Origin: Amoebidium appalachense | Taxonomy: Eukaryota > Protista > Ichthyosporea | Length of the DNA stretch: 64,000 nt | NCBI GenBank assembly: GCA_963693365.1 | Contig: CAVNZM010000016.1 | Location: 398,595 to 462,594, forward strand | Reading direction: 5' to 3' | Shown: positions 1 through 9,879 of the stretch, in pieces | How positions within the stretch are numbered: position 1 is the stretch's first letter | Layout: each line of letters opens with the position of its first letter | The notes under the pieces: model-generated | Database searches by the model: none | Seen by the model: the letters and a program-made list of their open reading frames with translations, nothing else | Told to the model about the DNA's origin: nothing | Made by a program: the position numbers and the translations under genes

Positions 1-413
1 GTGTGAGCGCGCCGTTGCTGCGGTTGGTCCCGTTCAGCTGCTCGCGGAACCGGGACATGTCAATGGGCAACTTCCACACGACCTCCTTCGAGTCCTTGTT
101 TATATTCCCGTCCTTGTCCAAAGTGGGCATGTCCGAAAACACCAGCTCCACAGCCATTGTAGCAGTGGAGTTGTCACTGGCAAATGATTGCAGGGCAGTT
201 TCGATGGCCGGCGGGAGTTTGTTGTAGATGTCGCCTATCACTTTCTGGTGGCTCGAGATGACGGCGTTGTTTTGGTTCAACAGCTTGGCGATCATATCGG
301 TTACACTCTTGATGTCCTGTGTTTGCACGATGCCACTCGGCCCTCCACCCCCCAAACTTCAATTTCGTGAGGATCTCTATAGCCCTGTTAAGATCATCCT
401 GGCTCATGCTCAT
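1..413 (-). CDS. Viral-region hypothetical protein, 5' part, runs off the window; frameshift in a G6 run
   Basis: MSMSQDDLNRAIEILTKLKFG continues as GGPSGIVQTQDIKSVTDMIAKLLNQ...REQLNGTNR to position 1 if one G is removed at 348-353. Confidence 0.55.
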
Positions 414-476
414 TTGCTCTTGTCCCACATAATGCAGCTTTGGCCACACCCCACCGCATTATTCCCTCGGTCAACA

Positions 477-707
477 ATGTCCGCGCTCGCCAACGTGATG
501 ATGTTTGTCTTCTGGGCGCTCGCCGTCGGCTCCATGGCCGGGTTCATGAGCCTGTACAGCGCCATGACGAAGGAGAAGTGCGTCGAGGCCGCCGTGAAGA
601 ACAGGTACGAGGCCTCGAACACTGCCGTGATGGTGGCCCTGGTGGTCACCGTGTTTGCGTACCTCATCTACGGCGTGTACGCGTCGGCCTCCTCCGCGCA
701 GGTATAA
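477..707 (+). CDS. Small two-TM membrane protein
   Basis: MSALANVMMFVFWALAVGSMAGFMSLY...VMVALVVTVFAYLIYGVY; two hydrophobic helices; high GC3. Confidence 0.65.
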   Translation: MSALANVMMFVFWALAVGSMAGFMSLYSAMTKEKCVEAAVKNRYEASNTAVMVALVVTVFAYLIYGVYASASSAQV

Positions 708-744
708 AGGGAGCTCGTCCGCAATTGTTGCGCCCAGTCTCAGT

Positions 745-1137
745 ATGGGTGCCGTCGCCTCGCAGCCCATCGTGTGCGCGCCGGTGCAGACCTTCTTCGT
801 CACCACGGACGCCGACTGCTCACCCGTCCTCGTCACCAACCGCCTCATGGGCACGCTGACCGTGGACTCGACCCGCGTGACCGTGTGGGCGTCCACGCGC
901 CCGCTCTACTTTCTGCCCACCACGGGCCTCAAGGCCATGCCCCCGGACCAGTACCTGCCGGCGGCCGTGCAGCACGGCTGCGACGCACTGCTGGCGAACC
1001 GGCTGGTGCTGGGGGGCGACCCCGAGTTGCTGGGGCTTGTGCGCCTGGCCGACATGACGCCGCGCGAGTTCAAGCAGTACCGGCCGATCTTCGTGTCCGG
1101 CACAATCACCACGTCCGTCACCGTGCCGCAGCTCTAG
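745..1137 (+). CDS. Hypothetical protein with N-myristoylation motif
   Basis: Starts MGAVAS (MGxxxS); preceded by GGTATAAAGG at ~701-710; high GC3. Confidence 0.6.
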   Translation: MGAVASQPIVCAPVQTFFVTTDADCSPVLVTNRLMGTLTVDSTRVTVWASTRPLYFLPTTGLKAMPPDQYLPAAVQHGCDALLANRLVLGGDPELLGLVRLADMTPREFKQYRPIFVSGTITTSVTVPQL

Positions 1138-1792
1138 GCGTCATAGTCTCGCACCACGCCAGGTCCTTGAGGAACAGCCCCATGTTGAAGTACTGCACCA
1201 GGCTGTTGAGGCCCGCCAGGAACGGCCGCCGAAACATCGGGTTGCCGGCCATCCCCGGCACCGGGTGGTTCCAGCGCGACTTGAGCGCCACCTCGAACAC
1301 CTCGTCCGCGAGGAACCACTGCATGTTGCGCTTCTCCAGGAAGTCGTACTTGACGCGCAGCGTGCCGTCGCGCACCTCCGTCGACCCCGGCAGAGCCAGC
1401 TGGCCTGCCGACAGCGCCTGGCGCGCAGCCCGGAACCGGTGCGGCAGGTGCGGGTCAAATGGGATCTGCACCATATACGTAATAAAGTAGCGGTTCTGAC
1501 CGGCCGCTCCCGCAAACCGGAGCACGTACGCCCGGTCCCGCAGGATGCCCTCGAGCATCGGGCGGGGGATCACAGTGTCCAGTGTCTCCTCGTAGAACTC
1601 CATGACCGTGGTCTCCTCCACGGTCAGGCCCGCCTTGAGCCTCCCGCCAAACACCCCGTACCTCCCGTCACTGTCCTCCTGTCCGAGGAGGAACAGCACG
1701 CGGCGGTCGTGCACGGCGTAGGGCAGCACGCCGGCGCCGATGATGCGACAGTCATCGTCGTGGTAGGGGATGCACATGTCCAGGACTTTCAT
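1118..1792 (-). CDS. NUDIX hydrolase (NCLDV type)
   Basis: GAGVLPY...FLLGQE...FGGRLKAGLTVEETTVMEFYEET matches a variant Nudix box. Confidence 0.8.
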   Translation of the reverse strand: MKVLDMCIPYHDDDCRIIGAGVLPYAVHDRRVLFLLGQEDSDGRYGVFGGRLKAGLTVEETTVMEFYEETLDTVIPRPMLEGILRDRAYVLRFAGAAGQNRYFITYMVQIPFDPHLPHRFRAARQALSAGQLALPGSTEVRDGTLRVKYDFLEKRNMQWFLADEVFEVALKSRWNHPVPGMAGNPMFRRPFLAGLNSLVQYFNMGLFLKDLAWCETMTPRAAAR

Positions 1793-1849
1793 CAAGTGGA
1801 GGGGAGATAATCTGGGGTGGGGTCGGTGCCAAACTCACGGGTCAAACAG

Positions 1850-1985
1850 ATTCACCCGCTATTCGATCTGATTGGTCGAAAACGGCCAAGATCGATCGAG
1901 CCCGGGATTTCACACTCTGACCAATCAGAGCGCGCAGAAATTCAAAGCCAGTGCTCCGATGTTTCAGCCAATCAGAGCGCCCCAC
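1850..1985. promoter_or_regulatory. CCAAT-box-rich intergenic region
   Basis: CTGATTGGTC at ~1868 and CCAATCAGAGCGC at 1921 and 1968; the 33-bp motif at 1850 recurs at 21390. Confidence 0.4.
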
Positions 1986-2225
1986 ATTAGATCACGAGAC
2001 CCAGCCAGTCTGTTTCAACTCATTCGCAAATATCTTTATTTATTTTGAGAGTGGCCAGGTGCGCTCCAAATAAAAAAAATGCAATGCAATCCCGTTGGAC
2101 CAAACTTTGTAAGGTATTATGCATCCCGGGCCCCGAATTTTACACACCTGGCCAGCCAGATGATATAAAACACACCCGAACCCGCCATCCCCACAGCAGC
2201 CCTGCCAATTGTTGGGGATGACAGG

Positions 2226-3137
2226 CTACCCCAGCACGTGCTTCTCCAGGAAGCGCACGGGGTACACCTTGACCGGGCGCAGGTCCCCCTGCACCATCTT
2301 CAACGTCTCCTCGGGCTCGCAGCCCTCCTGCTCGCGCCACGTGCGTGCGAGCATCCGGCCGACCGTGCTGCTGGACCTGTCGGTGATGCCCCGGTCGACG
2401 AGGAACTTCCCGACGGTCACGTACCCGCCGATCGCAGACTCTTCGATGGCCGCACGCTCGCCGGCGGGCACGAGCACGTTGGCCACGGCGTCGTTGAGCA
2501 GCATGCGCATGCGCGGGTCCCTGTCGAGGCCGAACTCCTCGAGGAGGCTGCGGTAGCTCTTGATGTTCTCCACACGCATGCGCCCGTTCTCAATCAGCAA
2601 GCGCTCGACCTCGGCCTCCTCCCGCTTCACGCGCAGCCGACGCTCCTCCTCCAGCTCCTCGCGGCGCCGCTTGCGGTCGGGGGTCTCGTCGGTGCCGTTG
2701 CGGAAGAACTCACGCTCCTCGGGGGTGCTGGCGTCGTAGCGCGCCTCAATCTCGGGGATGAGGGAGACGTCGCCGGAAAGCAGCCGGGCTATGTAGGTGG
2801 CACACGTGCTGCGGAACTCGTGGGCGCGCTTGCCGGGAAGCAGGAAGATGATCTCGAGGAGGACACGGAAGGGGGCTACATCAGTCTGGTTACCCTTGCC
2901 GTTGATTTTCAACCCATGAGTCTGACTCACGAGTTCACTCACGGGTGGATCCTTGCTATCCTTCAGGGCCTTCCAGGCTTGTCGAGCCGCGTCTCGGTTT
3001 CCAAGCACAATGGTTGCGGTATCCAGGACACTCGCCATCTTCGTATCCTCGTCAACACGTAGGACGGTGCCCTTGAACTGGGGGAACTCCCTCCAGAGAA
3101 GCGATATGTCGCCTTTTTTGTTCTGCTCACCAGCCAT
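2226..3137 (-). CDS. Bro-N/antirepressor-like DNA-binding protein with coiled coil
   Basis: ASVLD...KINGKGNQTDVAPFRVLLEIIFLLPGKRAHEFR...YIARLLSGDVSLIPEIEAR; a family pattern seen in large DNA viruses. Confidence 0.7.
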   Translation of the reverse strand: MAGEQNKKGDISLLWREFPQFKGTVLRVDEDTKMASVLDTATIVLGNRDAARQAWKALKDSKDPPVSELVSQTHGLKINGKGNQTDVAPFRVLLEIIFLLPGKRAHEFRSTCATYIARLLSGDVSLIPEIEARYDASTPEEREFFRNGTDETPDRKRRREELEEERRLRVKREEAEVERLLIENGRMRVENIKSYRSLLEEFGLDRDPRMRMLLNDAVANVLVPAGERAAIEESAIGGYVTVGKFLVDRGITDRSSSTVGRMLARTWREQEGCEPEETLKMVQGDLRPVKVYPVRFLEKHVLG

Positions 3138-3143
3138 GCTGTG

Positions 3144-3857
3144 TCAGAATGACGGGTTCTCCCCGGATACGTGGTCTTTTATACCCTCCAGTCCACCCAT
3201 TGCAATCGTCACAATGTCATTCACTACGCTGTACACACAGAATCCCTCTGCGTGCGGGTTGTAGCGCAGCCACCGGCATCCCAGAGCCTTGGTTATGTAG
3301 TTCTGGCGCTCCTCCTCATACACTGGGTTGCGACCGTCATGGTTGTGCTCATCGCACTCGACTGCCAGATTCAGAGCCGGAAAATAGAGATCGATCCGGT
3401 AGGGTTTTACGCAGAATTGTAGCGAGCTTTCAAAATACGCCGTGCACCGCCGGATAACAGATATTGTTTCACTTTCGATGTAGGTTTGCATCATCACACC
3501 TACCGGCAATTCAAACTTGGAAGCCCAGTAGGTCTTTCTGTCAGCTGATATTCTGCAACCAGGGAGGATGGCCGCAACTATCTGGCGCATCCCATCCCAA
3601 GGTGCTACCGGCGTCGGCGTGCCTTTGCCATTGATACGGATAACAGAAACACTTGAAACTGTGGATAGACTGGGACTGCTTTTAAACGACTTCCATGCTT
3701 GACGGGCAGCGGCACTGTTACCAAGCATGATGGTCAATGTGTCCAGAACGCTAAACTTCGCATCATGCCCCTCTCCGTGCACCCTAATCAATTTAAACTG
3801 GGGGAACTCCTTCCACAGAAGCGGCATGTCGCCTTTTTTGTTCTGCTCGCCAGCCAT
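3144..3857 (-). CDS. Bro-N-like domain fused to DUF559/Vsr-like PD-(D/E)XK endonuclease
   Basis: N-terminus nearly identical to the neighbour (MAGEQNKKGD..LLW.EFPQFK); C-terminus YRIDLYFPALNLAVECDEHNH...RQNYI...CRWLRYNP. Confidence 0.8.
   Translation of the reverse strand: MAGEQNKKGDMPLLWKEFPQFKLIRVHGEGHDAKFSVLDTLTIMLGNSAAARQAWKSFKSSPSLSTVSSVSVIRINGKGTPTPVAPWDGMRQIVAAILPGCRISADRKTYWASKFELPVGVMMQTYIESETISVIRRCTAYFESSLQFCVKPYRIDLYFPALNLAVECDEHNHDGRNPVYEEERQNYITKALGCRWLRYNPHAEGFCVYSVVNDIVTIAMGGLEGIKDHVSGENPSF
3176..3185 (-). promoter_or_regulatory. TATA-like promoter GGTATAAAAG
   Basis: About 40 nt upstream of ATG 3137; identical decamer at 3894-3903 and 12436-12445. Confidence 0.6.
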
Positions 3858-3893
3858 GCTGTGTCCGACTGGCCGCCTCTGCCGGGCGCTGCT

Positions 3894-3903
3894 CTTTTAT
3901 ACC
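3894..3903 (-). promoter_or_regulatory. TATA-like promoter GGTATAAAAG
   Basis: About 37 nt upstream of ATG 3857; context CTGAAGGTATAAAAG shared with 12436. Confidence 0.6.
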
Positions 3904-4062
3904 TTCAGACCAGGAGAACAGGAGCCCCGACGCCCGGCACGGTTGGTGTCGGCCTCCCAGGCTGCCAGCCGCTTGTCGTCCAGCCCCAGCTCGCAGTAAA
4001 CTGCATCAACACGGAAAGTGCGCCGGACGTGCACATGTAGCAATCTTTTTGGGGTCCCGGGT

Positions 4063-6204
4063 ATGGCGAATATTCTGGAGGATCTGGACTTGGTGGAAAA
4101 CATGGAGGACGAGGACACGGACAGCATGGAGGACGAGGGCACGGACAGCATGGAGGACGAGGACGCGGATCCCTTCTCAGATGCGTATTTTGAATTCCTG
4201 GAAGCTGCAGGGGTTGTTGAGCCTGGCACGACGGTCGACGACTGGTTCTGCGCCGACCCGGCAGACATAAGTGCGCTCCGGACAGGTAGAAACTGGTGGC
4301 CGAACAAGCGCGCTGTTCAGGAGGCCGTGGACAACGGCACGGTGCAGCGGGCGATTGAGCGCCTGCAACAGCAGGGCCTGGAAATGCCCGAAGGACGGGG
4401 GATGGAAGACCTAATAATCGAAACGCTGGTGTTCATGCGCGTGGCCCGCCAGGCACTCTCCGAGTCTGGGATGGTCCGAAAGGTGTCAACCTTGTGGGGC
4501 GGGGAGCCTGAGAACCGCGACCCCTACATACGCGAAAATCTGGAAGATCTGGTGAGCCCCGCCTTGCGCGAAGAGGTAAAGGCGGCCAAGAGCAATGGGG
4601 ACGAGAATGCCATTCAAAATATTATGGATGATCCGGAAATCCGCGCCCAGATCACAGACGCGCTGTGGTGCAGGGCTGCTCGCAGGGCCAATCGTCTCAA
4701 GCGCCTGGAAACAGCTCTGTACATGTCCGAGGGGCTCACCAAGAGAGAGTACATATTCAGGTACGCAGATGAGTTGTTTCCCTCGTACGCCGCGGCACGG
4801 ATACGTGATATACCAATGGGTGATAACGAAGCATGGGAAAGGGCCGTCGAAACTGAAATGCTAGACGAAGCTGTGGTGGAGGAAGTCCGAAAGAAACTTA
4901 TGAAACGCGCCACCAGTATTGGCGGCAAATATGTCGGAATCTTCCAGTTGGCTCTAAACGAGATGATAGCAAGCCACGGTGGCGTCATTCCAAACATGCA
5001 ACAACGTCCCCACAATGGCGATGTTGAAATGGGTGAAGAACCCGAAGCCCCGGATTCGGATTCGATGCCCCAGGCTCCATCTGGTAGCACTGCACCGGTG
5101 TCCGGGTCTGCCATGGATCTTTCGCACGCGGAGGGCGATGAAGATGATGCGAACATTTTCGAATGGACCGCACAAGGCCTTGTCAAACTATTCGCTACGT
5201 TGACCGCTGACTCTCCGCACCAGGCGAATCGGCTTTGTTATGAGCACAAGTGGGAGCTTGTTGACAAGTTTGAGTTGTTCGCGCGCGGTGCGCTCGAGAT
5301 CGCCAGACGACGTCAAATGAAAGAAGATTTGGGCAAAATGCTGAAGGCAGATTTGGACGCAGAAGAGGCAGACGCTAAAGACGAAGAGGACGAGGAGGAC
5401 CGCGCGTTTGTGGTCCCTGATGACGACCCGGAGGTGCAGCCACCAGACAGCGATGCACCCGACACCCTTTCCGACGAGCTCCGCGACCTGAGGGCTGCGG
5501 TACAGATTGCACAACCCGAGACCAGGATCGAAGCCGTGAGGCAGGTTCTTGACTGGCTGGCGAGACAGCCGAACGGGGTGTACCACCCACCGCCGCCACG
5601 GATGCTGTTCCACAGGTTGCCGTCTCCATTGGACCTGTCAGACTGGCTCACCCGGACGATTTCTCCCATGGATGAAGAGGACATGAGGATCCCAGAAGGG
5701 GTTTACAACGCGCTGCAGAAGTGGATCAGGTACACGAAACTTAGACGCCTAGAAGCCCTGCGCGCAAATTTCAGACCGGCCCCGTCGACCGCGGAGTTAG
5801 AGGCATACGTAGAGAGAATGTACAGGGCGATCAACGGCTTGCTCCCGGATCGCTTCCACAACCACACTAATGATTGGACGGGACGGTTTGATGCCTACCC
5901 CAGCGAAACAGCAGCCATCATACTCCTTTCTGGGGCAGAACCCCGGGGGGATCCATTGGCGGCGGCAGACGGCGACCCCATATTTGCGAGGATGCTCATC
6001 ATCGCCGCAGGGGTCCAGGGATTGCACGATGCAGGGGTCTTTAAGTTTACAGGTGTGGAGTCGCCGGTTAGACCGGTGGTTGAAGACTTGCCATTGGGAT
6101 CGGCTGGCAATACCCGGTGGACGCGGTCTGGAACAAGGCATGCCCTGAGGACCACCAAAAGGCAAAGGAGACAACTCAGGCATTACAGGCCACCCGGGCA
6201 GTAA
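4063..6204 (+). CDS. Large acidic hypothetical protein (~713 aa)
   Basis: Long open frame with D/E-rich repeats (MEDEDTDS); no recognised domain. Confidence 0.75.
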   Translation: MANILEDLDLVENMEDEDTDSMEDEGTDSMEDEDADPFSDAYFEFLEAAGVVEPGTTVDDWFCADPADISALRTGRNWWPNKRAVQEAVDNGTVQRAIERLQQQGLEMPEGRGMEDLIIETLVFMRVARQALSESGMVRKVSTLWGGEPENRDPYIRENLEDLVSPALREEVKAAKSNGDENAIQNIMDDPEIRAQITDALWCRAARRANRLKRLETALYMSEGLTKREYIFRYADELFPSYAAARIRDIPMGDNEAWERAVETEMLDEAVVEEVRKKLMKRATSIGGKYVGIFQLALNEMIASHGGVIPNMQQRPHNGDVEMGEEPEAPDSDSMPQAPSGSTAPVSGSAMDLSHAEGDEDDANIFEWTAQGLVKLFATLTADSPHQANRLCYEHKWELVDKFELFARGALEIARRRQMKEDLGKMLKADLDAEEADAKDEEDEEDRAFVVPDDDPEVQPPDSDAPDTLSDELRDLRAAVQIAQPETRIEAVRQVLDWLARQPNGVYHPPPPRMLFHRLPSPLDLSDWLTRTISPMDEEDMRIPEGVYNALQKWIRYTKLRRLEALRANFRPAPSTAELEAYVERMYRAINGLLPDRFHNHTNDWTGRFDAYPSETAAIILLSGAEPRGDPLAAADGDPIFARMLIIAAGVQGLHDAGVFKFTGVESPVRPVVEDLPLGSAGNTRWTRSGTRHALRTTKRQRRQLRHYRPPGQ

Positions 6205-6312
6205 ACACGCAAGGACGGGGAGCAGCTTGTGAACGAGGTCCGAGAACAAGCGGCGCGCCTCCTCCCCTGAGGGCATCCAAAGGTCAGGAATTGAGGCGGA
6301 TTGATCCCTGCC

Positions 6313-6678
6313 TCAGCGGAGGACCTCCCCTCTCAGTGCAGCGGCCAGCCGCGCGAGCCAGGCGGTGCGGTCGTCGCCCAGGCGTGTGGCAAAGTCGGAA
6401 TAGGACATCTGTGCCGAGAACCATTGACCCTTCTCCTCGTTCCAGTAGCGCAGGCCGTTAACATTGGAAACTTCCATGCGCGGGCACCGGCCGCATTCGC
6501 CAAAACGGGCTGTGTCGGCCTCCCAGCCCGCGGCCAGGCGCTTGTCGTAAAGCAGGGCGGCACAGGCGGGTGCGTCGCAGGGCGGGTCACGACCGAACAC
6601 CGTGCGCACCGCATCTCGCAGCGCAAGCGCAAGCAGGGTGGTCACGCAGAGGGCCATGAGCAGGAGGACCAGCTGCAT
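6313..6678 (-). CDS. Small signal-peptide/TM protein with Cys pairs
   Basis: MQLVLLLMALCVTTLLALAL N-terminus; high GC3. Confidence 0.6.
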   Translation of the reverse strand: MQLVLLLMALCVTTLLALALRDAVRTVFGRDPPCDAPACAALLYDKRLAAGWEADTARFGECGRCPRMEVSNVNGLRYWNEEKGQWFSAQMSYSDFATRLGDDRTAWLARLAAALRGEVLR

Positions 6679-6726
6679 TGTTACGTCACGGGCGCATTTT
6701 GTGCCGGCTTAATCTTCCTGTAGTGC

Positions 6727-7314
6727 ATGCACATCACGCACGGCGACCGCTTCGTCAGCCGCAACCTCGCGCTGCTCAGCTGCCCGGTGGAGTGGCCCGA
6801 GGACCTGGCCAACACGAGGCACACGGGCATGGGCCTGCGGTGGCGGCGTGACGGCGACAAGGTCACCGCCATGCTCGGTGAGACACGCATGTACTGGAGG
6901 GCGCTGCCCGAGGCCAACGTCGTCACGTTCACCGATGACCCGGCGCAGGCGAGCTCTTTTGGGTTCAGCGACTGCCCGCTCCCGCAGCCCAACCACGTTC
7001 CTGACACGGGTCTGGCGGGCGTGCGGGTGCGTCTGCACGAAACAGACTTGCCGGCTCTCCCCCCGCCTAGCGCACCGCCCCAGGGCCGCGTGGAGCTCGG
7101 CGTGGCCTTCTCCATCGGCGTGCTCGGCGTGGGGCCCCTGCCCATGCCCTCGTGGTTTGTGTCCTCGGTCGCAGACACGAGCCCCACCATGCAGTATGGG
7201 TTCCGCGGCGTCAACCTTGCGCTGTGCCTGCTGCACGTGTGGCGCCTCCGCGTGTGCGTGGACCTGTTCCCGTTCCCGGGCCTGACGCTTTTTCTGGCGC
7301 TGCTCGAGCTCTGA
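6727..7314 (+). CDS. Hypothetical protein
   Basis: 195-aa ORF with viral-region codon usage and a hydrophobic C-terminus. Confidence 0.55.
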   Translation: MHITHGDRFVSRNLALLSCPVEWPEDLANTRHTGMGLRWRRDGDKVTAMLGETRMYWRALPEANVVTFTDDPAQASSFGFSDCPLPQPNHVPDTGLAGVRVRLHETDLPALPPPSAPPQGRVELGVAFSIGVLGVGPLPMPSWFVSSVADTSPTMQYGFRGVNLALCLLHVWRLRVCVDLFPFPGLTLFLALLEL

Positions 7315-7334
7315 TATTTTGTAGCCATCTATCA

Positions 7335-7734
7335 ATGCGTGCGCTGCTCCTGTGTCCCCCCCTGCTTGCACTGGTCCTTGCGGCCCCCCCCCGAGTGCCT
7401 GGTGTTTGCGAGCTCGGCAACCCTTGCGGCAACCACCGCGCACGTGCCGCCCAGCCCCACTGCCGAAACAAAGACGTGGTGGGCGACCCTGACGCACGTG
7501 GAGACTGTTGCAGCCACCACCACAGCCGCCGCTTCGGTTCAAACCATCGAAACCACCTCGGCCTCGGAAACTCCCACCGAAACGGACACCGACGTATTTG
7601 AGATCCCCACCTCCATCACTGAAGGCGACCCAACCGACGAACCCATGCCCACGATGCCCGTGGACCCGCCCGCACCGCCCGCCGGGGTAAACGCGTCCGA
7701 CTGGGAGTGCCGCTGCACGCTCATCAGACGTTAA
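7335..7734 (+). CDS. Secreted Thr/Pro-rich (mucin-like) protein; frameshift in a C9 run
   Basis: Signal peptide MRALLLCPPLLALVLAAPP joins ECLVFASSAT...TTT...WECRCTLIRR if one C is removed at 7384-7392. Confidence 0.6.
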
Positions 7735-7814
7735 TCATTTCTCGGAAAGCCAGAGTTGGCCTGTCGATTCTTTGTTTTGTGCAGCCACACCAGTTTTTAA
7801 TTTGCGCAAGAGGA

Positions 7815-8285
7815 ATGGACGTCTCAAATGCGATTGGCTTAATCATTCTAATGCTTACTCTTGGTGTCTTGATATGGGCATACTCCAAGTACGAACCCAA
7901 ACCCGACCCTGGCAAAAACGACAGTACCCCTGCAGTCAAACGGACACAGTGGTATGCCTTCGACCAAAAGGGGGACCACAGCACGGACAACACGTTTAAC
8001 GACTGGCAAGACCCGGTGAACTATGGATACACGTCGGCCAGCCAGTGCATTAACCGATGCCAATCTATGAGCGGATGCCAACAGGTGGGCTTTTCCCCAT
8101 GGCAGGATATGGACGGGAAGCAGCCAAAAGGCTATTGCTACATGAGGAAAGCCGTCAAAGAATGGCCGTTGGATGAGTGGTCAAACAAGTCCGGTGTGGC
8201 TGCCTCGGACTCGCAGGTCACGTATGTGATGGCCGCAGAAGTGCCGGAGAGCATGAAGCAATATGGCAAGCTGGTTGAGTTCTAG
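7815..8285 (+). CDS. Membrane-anchored PAN/apple-like domain protein
   Basis: N-terminal TM, then SASQCINRCQSMSGCQQVGF...GYCYMRK (CxxxC...C...CY pattern of PAN modules). Confidence 0.6.
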   Translation: MDVSNAIGLIILMLTLGVLIWAYSKYEPKPDPGKNDSTPAVKRTQWYAFDQKGDHSTDNTFNDWQDPVNYGYTSASQCINRCQSMSGCQQVGFSPWQDMDGKQPKGYCYMRKAVKEWPLDEWSNKSGVAASDSQVTYVMAAEVPESMKQYGKLVEF

Positions 8286-8332
8286 CATAAATCAGACGAA
8301 CTTGGTCTTCTTTTTTATTGTGCCCCAATGTA

Positions 8333-9691
8333 ATGTCGCATGCGCGCTCCCGCATCCTTGACGACATGGCGTCCCACATCGACTTCTCGGCGGCAGTGGC
8401 CCGCCGGGCAGCGTTCCCGCACGGGCCGGCCCTGCCCTCGGCCCCCCGCAGCGTGTCGGTGCCGAGCGAGGCGCCCCCGCGTGTCGAGCCCCCGCAGCCG
8501 CCGCAGGGCCAGTGGCGCTACCACTTCGTGACGGGCGGGTCCGTGTGCCGGCCGCTGCAGGTGGAGTTTCCGGCCACCCAGTCCGTGCACGGCATCCGTG
8601 TCGAGGGCTTCAAGGCGCACAGCGTGTACGACGTGTGCGAGGGCGCCAACAGGCTGACGCTGTCGCTGTCGTACCTGGACTCGCCCGACGGCCGGCCCCC
8701 GGGCATGTGGGTGAAGGCGTCCACCGACGTGTACCTGCCTGTGGGCAACTACACCCTGGACACCCTGTGCGCCGAGCTCGAGATGCGGCTGGACGCCGCC
8801 ATCGCCGCATGCTTCAACCCCAGCTACAGCCCCGAGGAGGTGGCGGACATTTTGGAGATGTACCCGGACACGCTGCCCTACTACGCCAGCGTCACACACA
8901 CGGAGCGGTTGCGCCGGGACGCCGAGCGCAACGGCGAGGCGTGGACCAGGCACCAGGACTTTGTGTGCAAGACGCGGTGGGCGCCACGCCGGCAGGGCCC
9001 GCGCGACGAAATCGCCTTCGAGGCGCTGATGCTTGCGCAGCTGTACTACAGGGAGAACGCATGGGCGTGGCGCGAGCTGGCCAACGAGCGTGACGCCCAC
9101 GGGCGCATCCAGTGGCCGTTCCACAACACGCTGTACAACCTCATGACGCCCTCGAAGCTCGCGCTGCCCGGGCGACTGGTCATCAGCATCCACCACCGCA
9201 AGAACATGGACCCGGACACCATGAAGCACTGGCTGCCGTATGCGTCGGTGCCGACGTTCTCGCTTGACGTGTGCCGGGGGCTCGGGAACGTGCTGGGAAT
9301 GGCTGCCGGGACGCACGTCAGCCACAGCCTGACGACCGGGCTGCCCCCGCTTGCACGCTACTTCGACGGGCGAGACCACGCGGCCGTGGAGGAGGGCGAC
9401 CAGCAGCTGCCGTGCCAGGGCGACAACATCCAGTGCGTGTTTGGGACGGATGCACCCCTGGGCCCGCGGGGGGCGCTCATGGTGCACGTCATGCAGGGCG
9501 AGACGAACCTGCAGGGGCGCATCATGGCGCCGGGCGTGCAGGGGGCGGCGGGCGGGGCGGTGGACGACATGCTGGCGAGCCCGCAGATCTTGGGGACGCT
9601 GGATCACGTCGACACGCTGCGACTGGTGGTGGTGGACGAGACCGGGACGCGTGTGACCGGGTGCTTCTCGGCGCTGGTCGCGATCAAATAA
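8333..9691 (+). CDS. Putative minor capsid/penton (single jelly roll) protein
   Basis: YDVCEGANRL, VYLPVGNYTLDTLCAELE, LGNVLGM and C-terminal LRLVVVDETGTRV resemble polinton/NCLDV penton motifs (P.GNY, LG..LGF, L.D..G..V). Confidence 0.55.
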   Translation: MSHARSRILDDMASHIDFSAAVARRAAFPHGPALPSAPRSVSVPSEAPPRVEPPQPPQGQWRYHFVTGGSVCRPLQVEFPATQSVHGIRVEGFKAHSVYDVCEGANRLTLSLSYLDSPDGRPPGMWVKASTDVYLPVGNYTLDTLCAELEMRLDAAIAACFNPSYSPEEVADILEMYPDTLPYYASVTHTERLRRDAERNGEAWTRHQDFVCKTRWAPRRQGPRDEIAFEALMLAQLYYRENAWAWRELANERDAHGRIQWPFHNTLYNLMTPSKLALPGRLVISIHHRKNMDPDTMKHWLPYASVPTFSLDVCRGLGNVLGMAAGTHVSHSLTTGLPPLARYFDGRDHAAVEEGDQQLPCQGDNIQCVFGTDAPLGPRGALMVHVMQGETNLQGRIMAPGVQGAAGGAVDDMLASPQILGTLDHVDTLRLVVVDETGTRVTGCFSALVAIK

Positions 9692-9879
9692 AGCAAAGTA
9701 TCACGAAAGTGCAAAAACAACGCCTGCTCCCCCAATATTGGCAAACATCAAGTGCAGGACAGATCATGGTCTTCTCCCTTAATGTGAGAGAACACCCTCA
9801 TGAAGTACAGGGCAGATCACGAGTTGTGGATGGGGCTCAGGGGGCATAAAAGGCAACACCCACCCCCACCACCCCCACA

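Noticed and set aside
8315-9607. Antisense 430-aa ORF and other shadow ORFs in the viral region
   Set aside because: Expected shadows of high-GC3 genes on the opposite strand or in other frames.
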